A stretch of DNA of 64,000 nucleotides from Laetmonice hystrix. Taxonomy: Eukaryota. Of the stretch, positions 45,201 to 60,200 are shown piece after piece (position 1 is the stretch's first letter; each line of letters begins with the position of its first letter). Location: contig OZ249437.1 of NCBI GenBank assembly GCA_965235115.1, positions 48,856,001-48,920,000 on the forward strand, given 5' to 3'. The notes under the pieces were generated by a model that ran no database searches, was not told the origin of the DNA, and saw only the letters and a program-made list of their open reading frames with translations. A program made the position numbers and the translations under genes.

Positions 45201-48200
45201 CCAGACAACATTTTTGGGCCTAGGGCATAGCCTAGTTTGCCAAACGTTTTGCCAAAGCGTTGGATTCGCCAGATTGGGTCATCAGTCACCATTGCCGATT
45301 TGGGGAGTGGGTAGCGCAAACCCTGCTCCTCTGACTGAGTGAGTTTGTTACAGTGCCAGTTTGACACCCTTGACCCTGAGGCCTTGACCGCGACCACCAC
45401 CAAGTACGCCAAGTCTGTCTACCAGCTGGAGAAGGGACTCCCTCCTAACAATGTGGTGCCCATGCTCAAGGAAAAGGTGGAAAGCATGAAGGACAAGGTA
45501 CAGTCATCTCTAATTCCTGGCCATGTTAATCTTGTCTAGATAGTACACTGCTAATTTTTGTATATTATATTTTTGCTTAATTAACTTTTGTAATCGTGAA
45601 TTTATTTGCAGCTTCCAATGGTGACGGACCTGCGTAACCCAACCTTGAAACAACGTCATTGGGACCTCATCCAGGATGCCCTGGAATACCGCTTCACAGC
45701 TGAAGAGCCACTTACTCTTGGCAAACTCATCGAGATTGATGCCTTCCGTCACATTGAGACTGTTGAGGAAATTTCAGGCCAGGCCAGCTCAGAGGCAAGC
45801 CTGGAGGCTATCTTGAAAAAGGTGGAGGACTCGTGGAAGACCATGGAGTTTCCAGTACTGCCTTACAAAGACTCCAAGGATGTGTTCATTCTGGGGGGAA
45901 CTGATGAGATCCAAGTTTTGCTGGATGACAGCAATATCAACGTCGCAACCATTGCTTCTTCAAGGCACGTTGGGCCAATCAAGCCCCGTGTTGATGACTG
46001 GACAAAGCAGCTTGACCTCTTCAACAAGACGCTGGTATTTATTATTCCATATTTTGATTTGTTGTGAATTATATCACAGTTCAGCCTGTGGTGGGAGCCA
46101 TTTTGATTTATAGATAAAATTTAGCATAGGTTTTAACCAAAGTATTTTTCATCACCATAGGATGACTGGCTGACATGCCAACGTAACTGGCTGTACCTGG
46201 AGAGTATCTTCAGTGCACCAGACATCGCACGTCAGCTGCCTGCAGAGGCTAAGATGTTCATGACAGTTGATAAATCCTACAAGGAAATCATGCGAAAGGT
46301 TAACAAAGTTCCTCTTGCATTACGAGCTGGCACACAGCCAGGTAAGCTAACTTTATACAATTCACTGTCTACGCTTCAAAGCCGATAAGGATGGGGGGGG
46401 GGGGCTTATTCACTAATTCAGGCTTTTGAATCATTTTTACAGACTTCCATGGTGAATATTTGAGTTGCACAATTTCATAGCTTCAAAAATACCTACATTC
46501 AGGATTTGTGCTTGTACTTAGTTTACCGGGTATTGACTTTTCCCCCATAATTCATCCACTTTTGACCCATAAATGACCCATGTTCTACTCTCGGCCCTAG
46601 GACTGTTGGAGACCCTACAGAATAACAACTCTCTACTGGATCAGATCATGAAGTGCCTGGAAGCCTACCTGGAGTCTAAACGAGCCATCTTCCCACGGTA
46701 ATTTCACAAAAATGTTTCTAGAATATTCCATAGAATCTGATATACATGCGTAAGACCACTGTTTTTTTTTTTTTTTATCCAAGAAAGTGTTTTTATTTGC
46801 ATGCAAGTGTTAATGTTTACTTTCTTTCACAGGATGTACTTCTTATCCAATGATGAGCTGTTGGAGATTTTGGCCCAGACCCGTAACCCACTGGCTGTGC
46901 AGCCACATCTCCGCAAATGCTTTGATGCCATTGCTAAACTGGAGTTTGGAGTACAGGCCAGTGACGGCAAAGCAACCCCAGATATCGGGGGACCCCCTGC
47001 AGAGGAGCAGGAGATTCAATATACCAATGACATCCTTGCTATGCTGTCACCAGAGGGAGAGAAAGTCAGCCTGGGCAAGGTATGAGTTCCATATATAGTG
47101 TGTTATGTTCATAATTACACAGGTGTAAGTGTCATGTGCACCTCTTCTGTCTCAGGTAGTGCAGCTTTTTTTGCATGATTTTTTTCCTAAAAATATATTC
47201 TGTCTGTAGTGTAGTGTATCTGAAATTACCCCCAAAGCTTTCCCTTTAACTTTAATATGAGAATTTTTACAATCTGTATTGTTTCTACTTCATCATAGGG
47301 CTTGAAAGCAAGAGGCAATGTAGAGGACTGGCTTGGTAAGGTAGAAGAGGGTATGTTCAGTAGCCTGCGACGTCTGGTGAAGGCTGCTATTACAGACTTT
47401 GAGCGGAGGGAACGTGAGGAGTGGGTGCTGCTGCATGCCTCTCAGGTCGTGCTAACTGTTGCTCAGATGATGTGGTGTCGTGACATCACCGAGGTCCTTG
47501 AGGCAGACACCAATCGCCTCGATGGCATGAGGGAGTTTGAGCAGAAATGCTTTGTGGTAAGGAAGCTCCACAGGTATCTATTTCTGGGCCTAAGGACATG
47601 GAATATCTTTCATCCCATGAAACAATGCAGTTTTAGATTATCTCAGAGAGGTTTGACTTTGTCTAGATTTGCTTCTGGGAGATTTTAGGTATCTTTATAT
47701 GCCATGGAAAAGCTTGTTATCTTGTTATTAGTTTTGGCACAACCTGTACTTGGCATGACTTTATGTTACACATTTTGGTTATATAGCACATGGGGTCGTC
47801 CCTGCATTAATTCTGGGGAAAGTGCCCTTTTTGACAAGCAGATCTATGCCCATTTAAGATTATGGAAATATGCTCTTAATCCTGATTTCCCCTCTTGATA
47901 ATTGTACTGAATTCCTTCAGGATCTGAATAAGCTAGCTGCCATTGTGCGTGGAGAGCTACCAAAGCTTGCACGAGCTGTCCTCTGTGCCCTGATCACCCT
48001 GGATGTACATGGCAGGGACATGGTCACTGGGATGGTGAAGACTAAGGTAACCAAAGACTGCAGGAGACTGAGACTTTGATTTCATCTATACTTAGTTAGT
48101 ATGTGTCTACTTTCAGTGAGTTTCACACAAAGACAGAAATCAAAATTTGGGACAACAGAAAGTTGTGTGGCTTTTTAACTTTATTTTATCATAAATTTAA

Positions 48201-51200
48201 TTGTAACATATTTTAATCTGCAATGCTCATGTGATACTTGCGAGCAATTTTTGCAGAACTGTGTTAATTCTTTTAATACTTTCATTGTCTCTGCAGGTTG
48301 ATAGTGTGGCTAGCTTTGACTGGCAAAAACAGATGCGGTACTACTGGGATTATGACACTGACAACTGTGTTGTCCGCATGTCCAACTCCCTCTACATCTA
48401 TGGGTATGAATACCTTGGTGCATCGCCTCGGCTTGTGATCACACCTCTTACAGATCGATGCTACCTCTGCTTGATGGGGGCCCTGCAGCTTGACTTGGGT
48501 GGGGCTCCAGCTGGCCCAGCTGGAACAGGAAAAACTGAAACGACTAAGGATCTGGCCAAGTCCCTGGCCAAACAATGTGTCGTCTTCAACTGTTCTGATG
48601 GGCTTGACTACAAGGTAAGTCAAACACAGACTGTGATATAGAAACAGTTTGATCATTTGTAGTATTTGGTACATTTGGAATATTTTCTAATTAAATTTTA
48701 TGGTGCTTGCCCAATGCAGCAGCACCATAACTGGATACAGCCATCCCCACCCCAGCCCATGCAATGTGATGGAATGTGATACCTACACTAATGGCACCCC
48801 TCTCCACACAGTATGTAGGTCATCTCCCTGTCACCCCAGCCACTCCTGTGAATGTATCCACCCCCTTGTTGACAGTATGTGGTCTTTGTCTCTGAACCGG
48901 CCAACCCCCAATCTGTGCAACTGCAGGTATGCCTGGTTGTTTAGTACCTCAGGGAGTGGCTGGGCTTTCTGGTTTGATTTGTGTTCTCTTCTCCAGGAGG
49001 GATTGTCACGTTCCACTTACTAGCTGCTGCCTCTCCAGGGTGCCGCTCTCTGACTGGGTCATTGACCCCATTTTACCCCCTCCCTCCCTCAACTAAGAAA
49101 TGTGGGGACTTACCTCAGTGTCTGGCAGCAGTGAGGCTGGTCAGTTGTTTGCCTGACCATGCAGCCTTGATTCAGTTAGGGGTTAGATACAATAGGCCCA
49201 ATCAAAGAGACCTCTCGCAGTGCTGATGAAAAGTGCCGGACTGCCGGACATTGCCGGCAATTTTTACTGATGTCCGATGTGAGGCATAATAACATCTGAC
49301 AGATTGTCCGGTGTTATCAGATGGTCATGATGATGGTAACCAGTACTCAAGGTCCTTGAGAAAGGTGGCAGCCTCACAGTCGGTGGTCTGTCAGGCTGCC
49401 GCCTGGCCCTGGCCGGGTGTTATGTAAGGGTAGCTGATAAGGGCAGGTGGTGGTGACTCCCTCATTCCTCCTAGTCAGGGTTGGTTTGGAGGATCCTTGT
49501 GCTCAGAAGAGAGCTACTTGAACTAGCTGGGCCTTGTATAACTGTCTACTATATATATTTTCTGGAATCTTCTATTGAAGGAGAGCGGAATAAAACAATA
49601 CTCTGATTATAGGTTGGCCAGCTGCCCTTGGTTTAGTGAGCCAGTAGGTTGGCGTGGATAGCATTCACACCCATTGGCATTGTCTTTGTATGACACTGGG
49701 ATGGGAATGAGGTGCTTGATGTATGTGTTGTTAAAATGCTAAGAAAGGGGAGTATTAATCCATGAGGAGTATCATAGTTTGCAATGACAAAGGGCAACTT
49801 ACTGAATTCATAGTTTGATATATTTATTCTTGGTTGAAAAAGTCCAGAATTTGAAAATGTGCCCAACCTAACATTATGGGCTGGATAAGGGCCCGTAACT
49901 CCCTCATCAAGCACAAACCCTATAGGAATTATTTTCAAAGTTGAAAAATTGGGCAATAAATTGAAAAATAAATTAAGGGCCTGATCAAACTTGTAAGGGC
50001 CTGCTAAAAGTGTCTAACGGCCTGCTAAAACCTTTTTGATGGCCTGTTCAGATTTTGGCTAACTTCATGTCCTAAGGTTCCATGAATTGCAAATGTGTTC
50101 CAGAGTATATTTCAATGGTTTTCCATCAATAAATCTGTCACTATTACTTTGATTATTTCAACAGAGCTATTTTCCTGAAGAAATATGGATCGTATCAGAA
50201 AAATGTGACTGATTGATATATCGTAACGCGTAATTTGAATGATACACAGGCCAACCGTCTGTAAACATGTCTGGTTACTTTTTGTATTTTTAACTCCAGT
50301 ACTTAGTACGGATCTGAAATTGGATATCAAACGCAGAGAAAGAACCACAAAACGGGAACGTTTTAAAAATGAAAGTCTAATAAGGCTATACTTGTATTAC
50401 AAAACAACAATATATTTGTTTATTGTCTGCGAAATGAAAAAATGTCAGGTGTTAAAGCCATTTTACATCTGACAAAAATGTCTGATGTAAAACAAAAATG
50501 TCAGATGTAACGCTCTTTTACATCTGACACTTTGTCAGATGTAGAAAAAAACTTTTCATCACCACTGCCTCTGGATATTGCTTTTTAATTATATATCATA
50601 CTTATTAATATTGATCAGTCTGAACCTGCTATGTACACTAAAACTTGATGACGTTTGTTTCAGATTATGGGTCGGTTCTTCTCTGGTCTGGCTCAGTCTG
50701 GTGCCTGGTGCTGCTTTGATGAGTTCAACCGAATAGACATTGAAGTATTGTCCGTCATTGCACAGCAATTAATCACCATTAGAAATGCCAAAGCATCCAA
50801 GGTAATCAATGAATAATACAACTTCACCACTCAGGGTACCACATTGTACATTGTAAGTGTTCAGTGAGAATAGTTTACCAGAGAAAAATAAGTCAATCTG
50901 ACAGAAAGAAATATAGTTGTTTTTTTTTGCGTAAAAAAAAAATCATTGTTGAGTACCAGGGCTCGAAAAAGACCTACCGGTTTTACTTGCCCGAACTTGC
51001 CCTTCGGGCAAGTAGTAACCAAGACATACTACACAAACCTTAAATTTTACTTGCCCAGAGACATATTCTAGTCGTCCCGGACGACCGGACGTGGGTTTTT
51101 TCGAGCCCTGAGTACAGATAAAGTAAATTGAGTATTTGATAAATCTAATCTGACAGAAAGAAATATAGTTGTTTTTTTTGCGTAAAAAAAAAAAAATCAT

Positions 51201-54200
51201 TGTTGAGTACAGATAAAGTAAATTGAGTATTTGATAAATCTATATCTATTATGTGACGTGCATGTGTGACGTGTCAGTCTGATATAGCTAACTTATTTTG
51301 TCTTTCCTCTGCTGTATTTTAGTTGACGAGGTTCATGTTTGAGGGCAGAGAGATCAAATTAGTCTCAACCTGTGCAGCCTTTATCACCATGAATCCAGGA
51401 TATGCTGGCCGTACAGAGCTCCCAGATAACCTGAAGGCTCTCTTCAGGCCCATCTCCATGATGGTGCCAGATTATCGTACGTTTATCCTATGTCAAATCA
51501 CCCTGGCCAATGGCCCCGTGCAAAAATAAAACTGCTGCCCTGGTAGTTGTAGACAGATCAGAGAGTTTGGTGTGGAACTTGTACTCCACTGATTACCCGG
51601 TATATGCAGGAAATTAACTTTAAGATACTATTAGATAATTGTAAATTATTTTAAAACCTACAATGAAATGACTTCGGGGAGTTGTTATTTGCAGAAAAGG
51701 ATTGGGGAAACGAACATTGTTATTGCTTGTTAAAAACCTTTCATTGCTTGCTTAGGTCTGATTGCTGAGGTAATCTTGTACTCGGAGGGCTTTGAAGACT
51801 CCAAGAACCTGGCCCTGAAGATGACGCAGATGTACAAGTTGTGCTCTGAGCAGCTGTCTCAGCAAGATCATTATGATTTTGGAATGCGAGCTGTCAAGTC
51901 TGTGCTCGTCATGGCTGGATCCCTAAAGAGAGAAAATCCAGACAAGTCAGAGGACGTTGTGCTGATACGTGCCCTGAGGGATTCCAATCTGCCCAAGTTC
52001 CTTAAGGATGATGTTGTCCTCTTCCAGGTTTGTGACTAAACCAGAAACACAACAGTTGGATGGGTCTAACTTAATAGTCTTAGGTTTGTTTAAACCATTA
52101 AACTATTTAGCCAGGGCTGTTTGTGCTTGCAGCAGTAAAAGTAACTGATGTCAGTAACTAGTTATAATTCAATGAGTTCTTTTCCTTTTTTAACAGGCTA
52201 TCCTGCAAGACTTATTCCCTGGGGTGGAGATCCCAGAGCATGACTATGGCCAACTGAAGACAGAGATAGAGAAAGTGCAGGAAGGACGTGGTCTACAGGT
52301 TCTGCCAGCACAAACCAGTAAAGTCATTCAACTCTATGAGACAATGATGGTCCGGCATGGTGTCATGCTTGTGGGGCCAACAGGCAGCGGAAAAACCACA
52401 GCCTACAAGGTAAGAAAATTACTGTGTTACAGCCAGGAAGAGAAGTAATTAGTGCAACATGATTTTGTATGTTTGTATAGATCGTGTCTTTAAAAATCTT
52501 ACTCTTAGAGTCTCTTAAATTTAATCTAAGATACTGCATTTAATGACATCCTTGTTATTTATTAATGTCATTATATTCTTATACTTATATAGCAAACCAC
52601 AAATTTCAAATAAGCTTGAACTGTTATCTGTTTAAAATTTGCATCTCACAAAGTATTGGTGCTAAAAATTTGCCTTTCTTTTTGTTTCCTTACTGTTAAT
52701 GAAATCCTAAACTTGATATCTACAAAGCTTGCATGTTTTTCCTCCAAACAGATACTGGCTGAAACATGTCAGAATTTGTGTGACCAGGGTGGTTTGGGCA
52801 ATGCATTCTTTGTGCCAGTCCACACCTTTGTGTTAAACCCCAAGTCCATTACGATGGGGGAGCTGTATGGAGAGGTGAACAAGTTGACCTTGGAGTGGAG
52901 AGATGGGCTCATTGCCATGACTGCAAGACACTGCGTCAATGTATGTTACACCAGGATGCTCTGAAGCATTTCAATCTTGACTTTTTAAATCAAATCGCTT
53001 TGTTCCTAGTAGTTTGGAGCAAGGGAGATTTTTGGACTCGCATGTGTAAATATATGTAAATGCAGAAATTTATTTTAATATCAACCTTAGGACACAACTG
53101 AGGATCATCAGTGGATCATTTGTGATGGCCCAGTGGATGCTCTCTGGATTGAGAACATGAACACAGTACTGGATGACAACAAGATGCTCTGCCTTGCCAA
53201 CAGTGAACGTATCAAGTTCACCCCCTTCATCCACATGTTGTTTGAAGTGCAGGATCTGGCTGTAGCCTCCCCTGCCACAGTCAGCAGGTGAGAGTTCTTA
53301 GAGAACTGTCAACTCAAATTGCTGGAGTCTTCAATGGCGATCAGCTGGATTACTTGAAGTGCATTATTGTGGGCCTGTAAACAACTGTGGCCTGTATGCA
53401 TGTGATTATCTATGCTTTGATGGCCTTTAATGTTGTCGGACCTAAATGCCAATCTTGCCGATAGTTGACTGTATGAAAACATTACATGTATATCTGTTTT
53501 GTTTGCGATACTTGACCCGTCCAATTTCTATGCATTCCAGATGTGGAATGGTGTACTGTGATCCAGAGGAACTGAAGTGGATGCCATATGTCCAGACCTG
53601 GATGGCCACAGAGGGGAAGCGCTTCAAGGATGAGACGAAGCAGTACATTCTGGAACTCTTCCAACGCTATGTCGAGGATGGTCTCCAGTTCATCAACAAG
53701 AAGTGCACTCAGGCAATGCCACAGGTAATAATTCACAAGTGACTCCTGGGGTACTGTACTGGTTTTAAATGTTTCTTAGGACAGTAGGATGTGACAGCCA
53801 TTGTGTTGATTTAACACAATTCTACAAACATTGTATTCAGATAAACCATAGTGTTGAGACCAGGTAGTACACATTTGAGAATTAGAGGACTTTGTTCCCT
53901 TGGATTTACTAAAGAGTTATGACACTTCATCATATTTCCCCTCAGGTGGACATCAGCAAGGTGACGACCCTGTGTAAGCTGCTGCAGGTCCTTCTACTTG
54001 GTAAGGGTGGTCCAGACCTCAACCAGGACCCCACCAAGCTACACCCCTTCATCTGCACAGTCTTTGTCTTCTGTTACCTGTGGTCTGTCGGTGGCAACCT
54101 CATGGACAGCAACTGGGATGCATTTGACACATTCATCAGACACCAGTTTGATGACAATGGTGATGCCAAGGTATTTGAAGCATAATTGCTGTGTCCTAGA

Positions 54201-57200
54201 TGTCACGGGAGAGTTCTTGCGGAACACTTCTATTCCTAGTCCCTGTTTTCAGGCTCAGACAGATTTATGTTCAGAAGTACTGGTGTACTTATGGTGTACA
54301 ATTGATAATGCTCGATGTATTTATAGGTCTTTTTTTTTTTTTATTATTAGCTTCCCAGTGTTGGAGACCTATGGAGTTGCTATGTGGACTTCGACACTCG
54401 GCGTATGGACTCCTGGGAGCGCATCGTTCCCATGTTTAAATACAACAAGGAAATCCCCTTCTTTGAGATGCTGGTGCCAACTGTTGACACAGTTCGGTTT
54501 GGTTATCTACTCGAGAAATTACTCCAGATCAAACAGTCAGTCCTTTACACCGGAAACACTGGCGTGGGAAAGGTATGCTTATTTCTCCTATTATAAACTT
54601 TTAATTTTTAGGTGGTTATTATCAAAACTAAGATGATGTTCATAAGGTAATCAGACATGTTACTCTTACATGACTGAAGTTGAACCAGTAAATTCCTGAC
54701 TTATGCCATGGGAGAACAATTACATTGAATGATTCAAGGTGTTTTACAATTACATGTATATGGAGGACGTGCTGTTTAATTGGGTTAACAGACGACCAAA
54801 GGACATATGATCATATTTGACATGTCGTGGCACTGAGTGGGTCTACCACTGTTGGGTTTCAGTCGGTGGTGGCCCGTGGTCAACTGCAGACCATTTCTGA
54901 GAAGGCCAGTTATGTCCCCATCTTCATCAACTTCTCAGCACAGACCAGTAGCATGAGGACTCAGGAGATGATTGAGGGCAAGCTGGAGAAACGAAGGAAG
55001 AACATCTTAGGTGAATGACTGCTGCATGGCAATGCAGCTTTACTTCAATTTTCTTAAAATCTGTAATGAACAAAGAGGAAACAGCTTGATTTGGTGTGAG
55101 AAATGCCTAAGAGAAGTCTAAGATGTCATTTAAATTAATGAGAAGATTCCATCGACCCAATATATTCCCGCAGAATGTCTTAATGATTTCATAATTAACA
55201 ATTGAGTGAAATTCTGCAGGTGCACCAATTGGCAAACAGATGGTTGTCTTTGTTGACGACCTCAACATGCCCAAGCTCGACACTTATGGCTCTCAACCAC
55301 CCATTGAGCTCCTTCGCCAATACCAAGACTTTGGTGGATTCTATGACCGTGAAAAGCTGTTCTGGAAAGAGATACAGGTAAAACATGAGTTGATTAATTC
55401 TTTTGGAGAACTTGGATCCTCTTGGGTTTTTTAAAGCCCCCCCCCCAAAAAAAAACTTACCTTCTTGAATAACTTCATACGATCAGTAAAGTTGTCACAT
55501 GTTGAAAACCTCTCATTGAATTTTTCTCTCAAAATATGGTCAAGCATCCTCACTTTCTTTCAGACGTTCTCTGCAGCTTTTGGTGGATTATTTTTGGGGG
55601 GTTTATTTGCCTTTTAGTTTGCCGATAGTTCAGCTAACTATGTTGTTTATTTTTAGGATGTGACCATTTGTGCTGCGTGTGCACCACCTGGTGGTGGCCG
55701 CAATCCGGTGACGCCACGATTCATCCGACACTTCAGCATGTTTTGTCTGCCCCCACCCTCAGAGCACAGTCTCAAACATATGTTTACGGTAAGTTTCAGG
55801 TAAAATACAATAATTTATCACAATGGGAGACAAGTTTTCAGAATATCAAAATGAGGGACAGATGTAAAAGTAACTCATCATGAGAGCTTTCGATAGATTT
55901 CTTTTTCATTTGAATGGTGTTCTTTTAGGCCATCCTGAATGGATTCTTATACGACTTCCAACACGATGTAAGGAAATGTACAGAGCCAATTGTGGGAGCA
56001 GCTGTAGAGATATATGACCGCATGAGTGCCGAGTTGCTGCCCACTCCTGCTAAGTCTCATTATGTTTTCAACCTTCGTGATCTCTCAAAGTGTGTTCAGG
56101 GTAAGTACAAATATACCTTGCCAGATTTGTATTTTTTTTTTAAATTTGTAGCTTGTTCCTTGGTGCTAATAAGTCCATGAAAGGAATAACCAGTACTGCA
56201 AGCATTATTGTAGGGTACTTCTATTGTAAGTGGAATATTGTATCTTTGAAATGCTTTGTAATGTCACAGACTATGAAAATTGAGTCCGTGACTTTGCTTT
56301 GTATCATCGTTATTCTGATAGATGCATCTCAGTGGACAATTTGTCTTTGTGTAGGTGTGCTACAAGCTGACCCAGGAGTCATTCGGGATGCCAAGCAAAT
56401 GTTCAAACTTTTCTGTCACGAATCGCTGCGTGTATTCCATGATCGCCTTATCAATCATGAGGACAAGAACTACTTCTACACAATGCTGTCAGAGATGGCC
56501 AGCAAATACTTTGGAGAGGTATTTAGAAACTCAAATCTTGGTCATAAGTCTGGTAGCAAATTATCTCATGATTGCAAAGAATTTCTCTCTCCCCAGAGAT
56601 AAAATGGTTACTTTAAATAATTATTCAGATATGCAGTAGGTGAAAGTATTTTAATTAAACCTATGCCATTTTGAATACTAGGAAAATCCCTAAAGACACT
56701 GACACAATAGTATAAAATTTTCAGGCAGGCTAGCAAACAGGCTGAGTTACTAAACTGGTAATGTTTCAAAGTACAGCATAGAAGTAAAAAAGTGACATCA
56801 GTGGTTTTTGTTGCAGTAATGTGTTATTGCTTTTTCAGAACATTGAAGCTGAATCGTTTGTCACAAATCCAATAATTTTTGGTGATTATATGAAAGTTGG
56901 AGCAAATCAAGAGGATCGAATGTATGAAGATCTTTCCAACATAGATAAAGTCAAGCAAGTTTTAGGAGACGTAAGTATTTTTAAAAGACAATTTTTAAAA
57001 GACAAAAGAGGCAAATCTGTTCTTGCTATTTTCAGAGTTTACCCCAAAAAAACAACAGGTTTATGTGTTCACAGATATAAGCATTGTTTCGTGCATATCT
57101 GAGCCACCTCATCATTGTATGTAAACTGATATTATGATACCGATACATAAAGATATTGGATGAATAAGCACATGGATATACGTTGGCGTTTATAAACTAA

Positions 57201-60200
57201 TAAAGGCATCTGTCGTTAGACTTTTTGAAGTCTTTGTAACACAGCTGCTTCTAGACGTTAGCCTTTTCCTATTCTTGAATTGTTTTATTGCTAAAGGGAG
57301 ATTTATGGGGGAAAATAAAAGGCATTTCATGAGGAAATAAAGTTCCTGATTACCTGAGTATTTTAGCAAAGCTCATTTTCCAAAAGTTTAGTAGGCTTGC
57401 ATATATATACATGTTCATGCATAATCTTATACATTGTACAAGTATTTTTCTGTTTTTCATCATTGTTGCATTTATGTATTTTAAATGCCACCCTTGGTGC
57501 TCTAGGTTTGTACGATGGTAAAGATATTTATTATCATTTTAACCAAAATCGCACAATTCACAGATGTAATAAGTATGCAGATTACAGTGGCAACAGTGTA
57601 TAGATGAATCGTGTACATGATTCTGGAGTATATTTATTCACATTACATCAGAAAGGTTTGCATGTTACTAACACCAACTGTTTCATCAATTACAGGTTTG
57701 TCAGTTTGTAAGTGTCATGGTAAAAAGTTTACCAAGACAAACCTTTATATTTTATCTACTGATACATGAGAGGAGCAGTTAGTGTACATAATTATGTTCT
57801 CCCTATGTAGCCATGGCGTAGGTGTAGTGGCCTCTTAGTTGATATGGTGGCCAAGGGATATGATCAGCGACCTTGTCTTAAGTCTGTTGTGAACATACTA
57901 CCCAGGTAGATAGCACAGATGATACTCTCTGAGAATAAATTTTGCATGTGGTCTCTGCTCCTGGTACCTTTTGGAACAGAACACGTTTCATGCTGCCTGT
58001 ACTCCTGTACTTGGTCTGTACTCCTTGTGGAACTGCCTTGTGTAAATTGAACTTGTTTAAGGAAAACAGATGGGTGAAGGTTCAAGATTTACCAGGACCT
58101 GTTTTCAAAATATTCTTAATCAGCCATACCACAAATTGTATATATCTTATACTTTTATAGTTAATTACTAAAGAACTTCGTTCATTAAGTAGCTGGATAC
58201 CAGACTTGTAAGATTTTTATCTCAATGATGCATACCGCCTAGTTATATGCACATTCTGAGCCTAATTCTAAGATAGTTAAAATAAATGTCAAAGTATATG
58301 ATTTAAAACAATATTGCTTGAGGCTGTTGTATTCTGCTTTGCTTCTACATATGACTGTGAATTATTGGTCTCATATAGTTATGTTTAGTTACTAAGGGCG
58401 GGACAGGTCAGGAACTGCACAACTGATTTCTTCTTTATTGGAATATCTTGGAGCTCCAAAATTTCCTCTTAATGTAAAACATTAAGACTGTGGCAAGTCA
58501 CATTTGTTTGGTACAATGCTAAGAAGAAGCTGAATTTGATAGACAGTGTGAGCTGCACCCAGAGCTTTGTTTGTTTGATCCTACCTATAAATCATTAAAT
58601 GTGTTATGGTTTACCATGTTCAATGATCATAGGCTACAAATGCTTCGCTATGTATACATGTTATACCATTGTAGTTACATGAAGATATTACAACCATGAC
58701 CTGATAGCTAATAGCTAAGGAAGTATAGCCCCCAAAGTGGATAGCTATTATGTTTTTATTTGCAGTATCTTGATGATTACAACATGAGCTCATCAAAGGA
58801 GATGAAGCTTGTGTTCTTCATGGATGCCATTGAGCATGTATCACGAATTGCCCGGATGATCAGGCAGGAACGAGGAAATGCTCTCCTTGTCGGGGTAGGA
58901 GGTTGCGGCAAGCAGTCATTAACCAGGTAAAGGCCACTACCCCAATTTGTGTATCTGAAAAGTACCGGTGGTAGGATCAAATGCATTGGGACTTTGCATT
59001 TACAGTAATTCTATTACCTTTCAAGTCTCAGATAAATTTTTAGTCTAAAGTATATAGCTGTTTTAGCAGCCTCTACAGCTGTACAAGTCAGACGTAGTTC
59101 ATTAGGTTTCTTTCATTGCACATATATACTGCAAAAATGATAAAATGTTTGAGAATAATCTTAATGGCTTTTTTTCTTCTTTTTTGTCTTAAAGACTGGC
59201 GTCGCACATGTGTGGCTACCAGTGCTTCCAGATTGAGCTGAGTCGTGGCTACGACTATAACGCTTTCCATGATGATCTAAAAAAGCTGTATGACATGGCT
59301 GGAGTTCAAAACAAAAACACCGTCTTCCTCTTCACAGACACCCAGGTAAAGGAAATCTCTGCCACTCAGGGGCCCGTCTTACTAAACATCGTTATTAACG
59401 ATATAGTTAACTGCTGGTAAAGTAGGCCGTCGTCAAGGCGACAACTAGACAACGTTACAACAACGTTAGCGGTACCCCATCCCCAGTCGTTAAGTTAACT
59501 AGACCATTCCCTATACGTTACGCTACTAACTAGACCTTAAGACAGGTTTTAACCAGCTCTAGTTAATAACGATTTCTGGTTATTAACTAGCTATAAGTTA
59601 ACTAGGTCGGGCTTAACGATGTTTAGTAAGACGGGCCCCTGGGGCTGTTAAGCAAACCTGTAGGTAAAAAAAACCCCAGCTATTCACACCCCCCCCCCCC
59701 ATTGCTTGTCCATCTCTTTCAAATTTTTTGCCATGGAATTGTACATGAGGAAATTTGTTATTAACATGTTATTTTTCTCTATGTTTATAGATTGTGGTAG
59801 AAGAGTTCCTGGAGGACATCAACAATATTCTGAACTCTGGAGAAGTTCCAAACCTGTTCGAAGCTGATGAGTACGAGCGCCTTATAATTGGCTGCCGACC
59901 TGGTGCCAAGGAGGCAGGCGTACCAGAGGGCAATAGGGATGCCATCTTTGAGTTCTGCATAAACCGAGTCAGGTAAGTGACCAAAAGGGCAAGATCAGAC
60001 AAGCTAAATATGAGTCTTGATTGAATTTCTGTTTCACTTGTCAACCTTTTGGTCCACATCTAGGCCTTTTATTGCACTGCAGTCTTTGCATGAAGTAAAC
60101 ATTATTGCTCTAGCCATATTGGTTATCTTTTCCAGAAATAATCTGCACATTGTGTTGTGCATGAGCCCTGTTGGCAGTGCATTCCGCGCACGGTGCCGAA

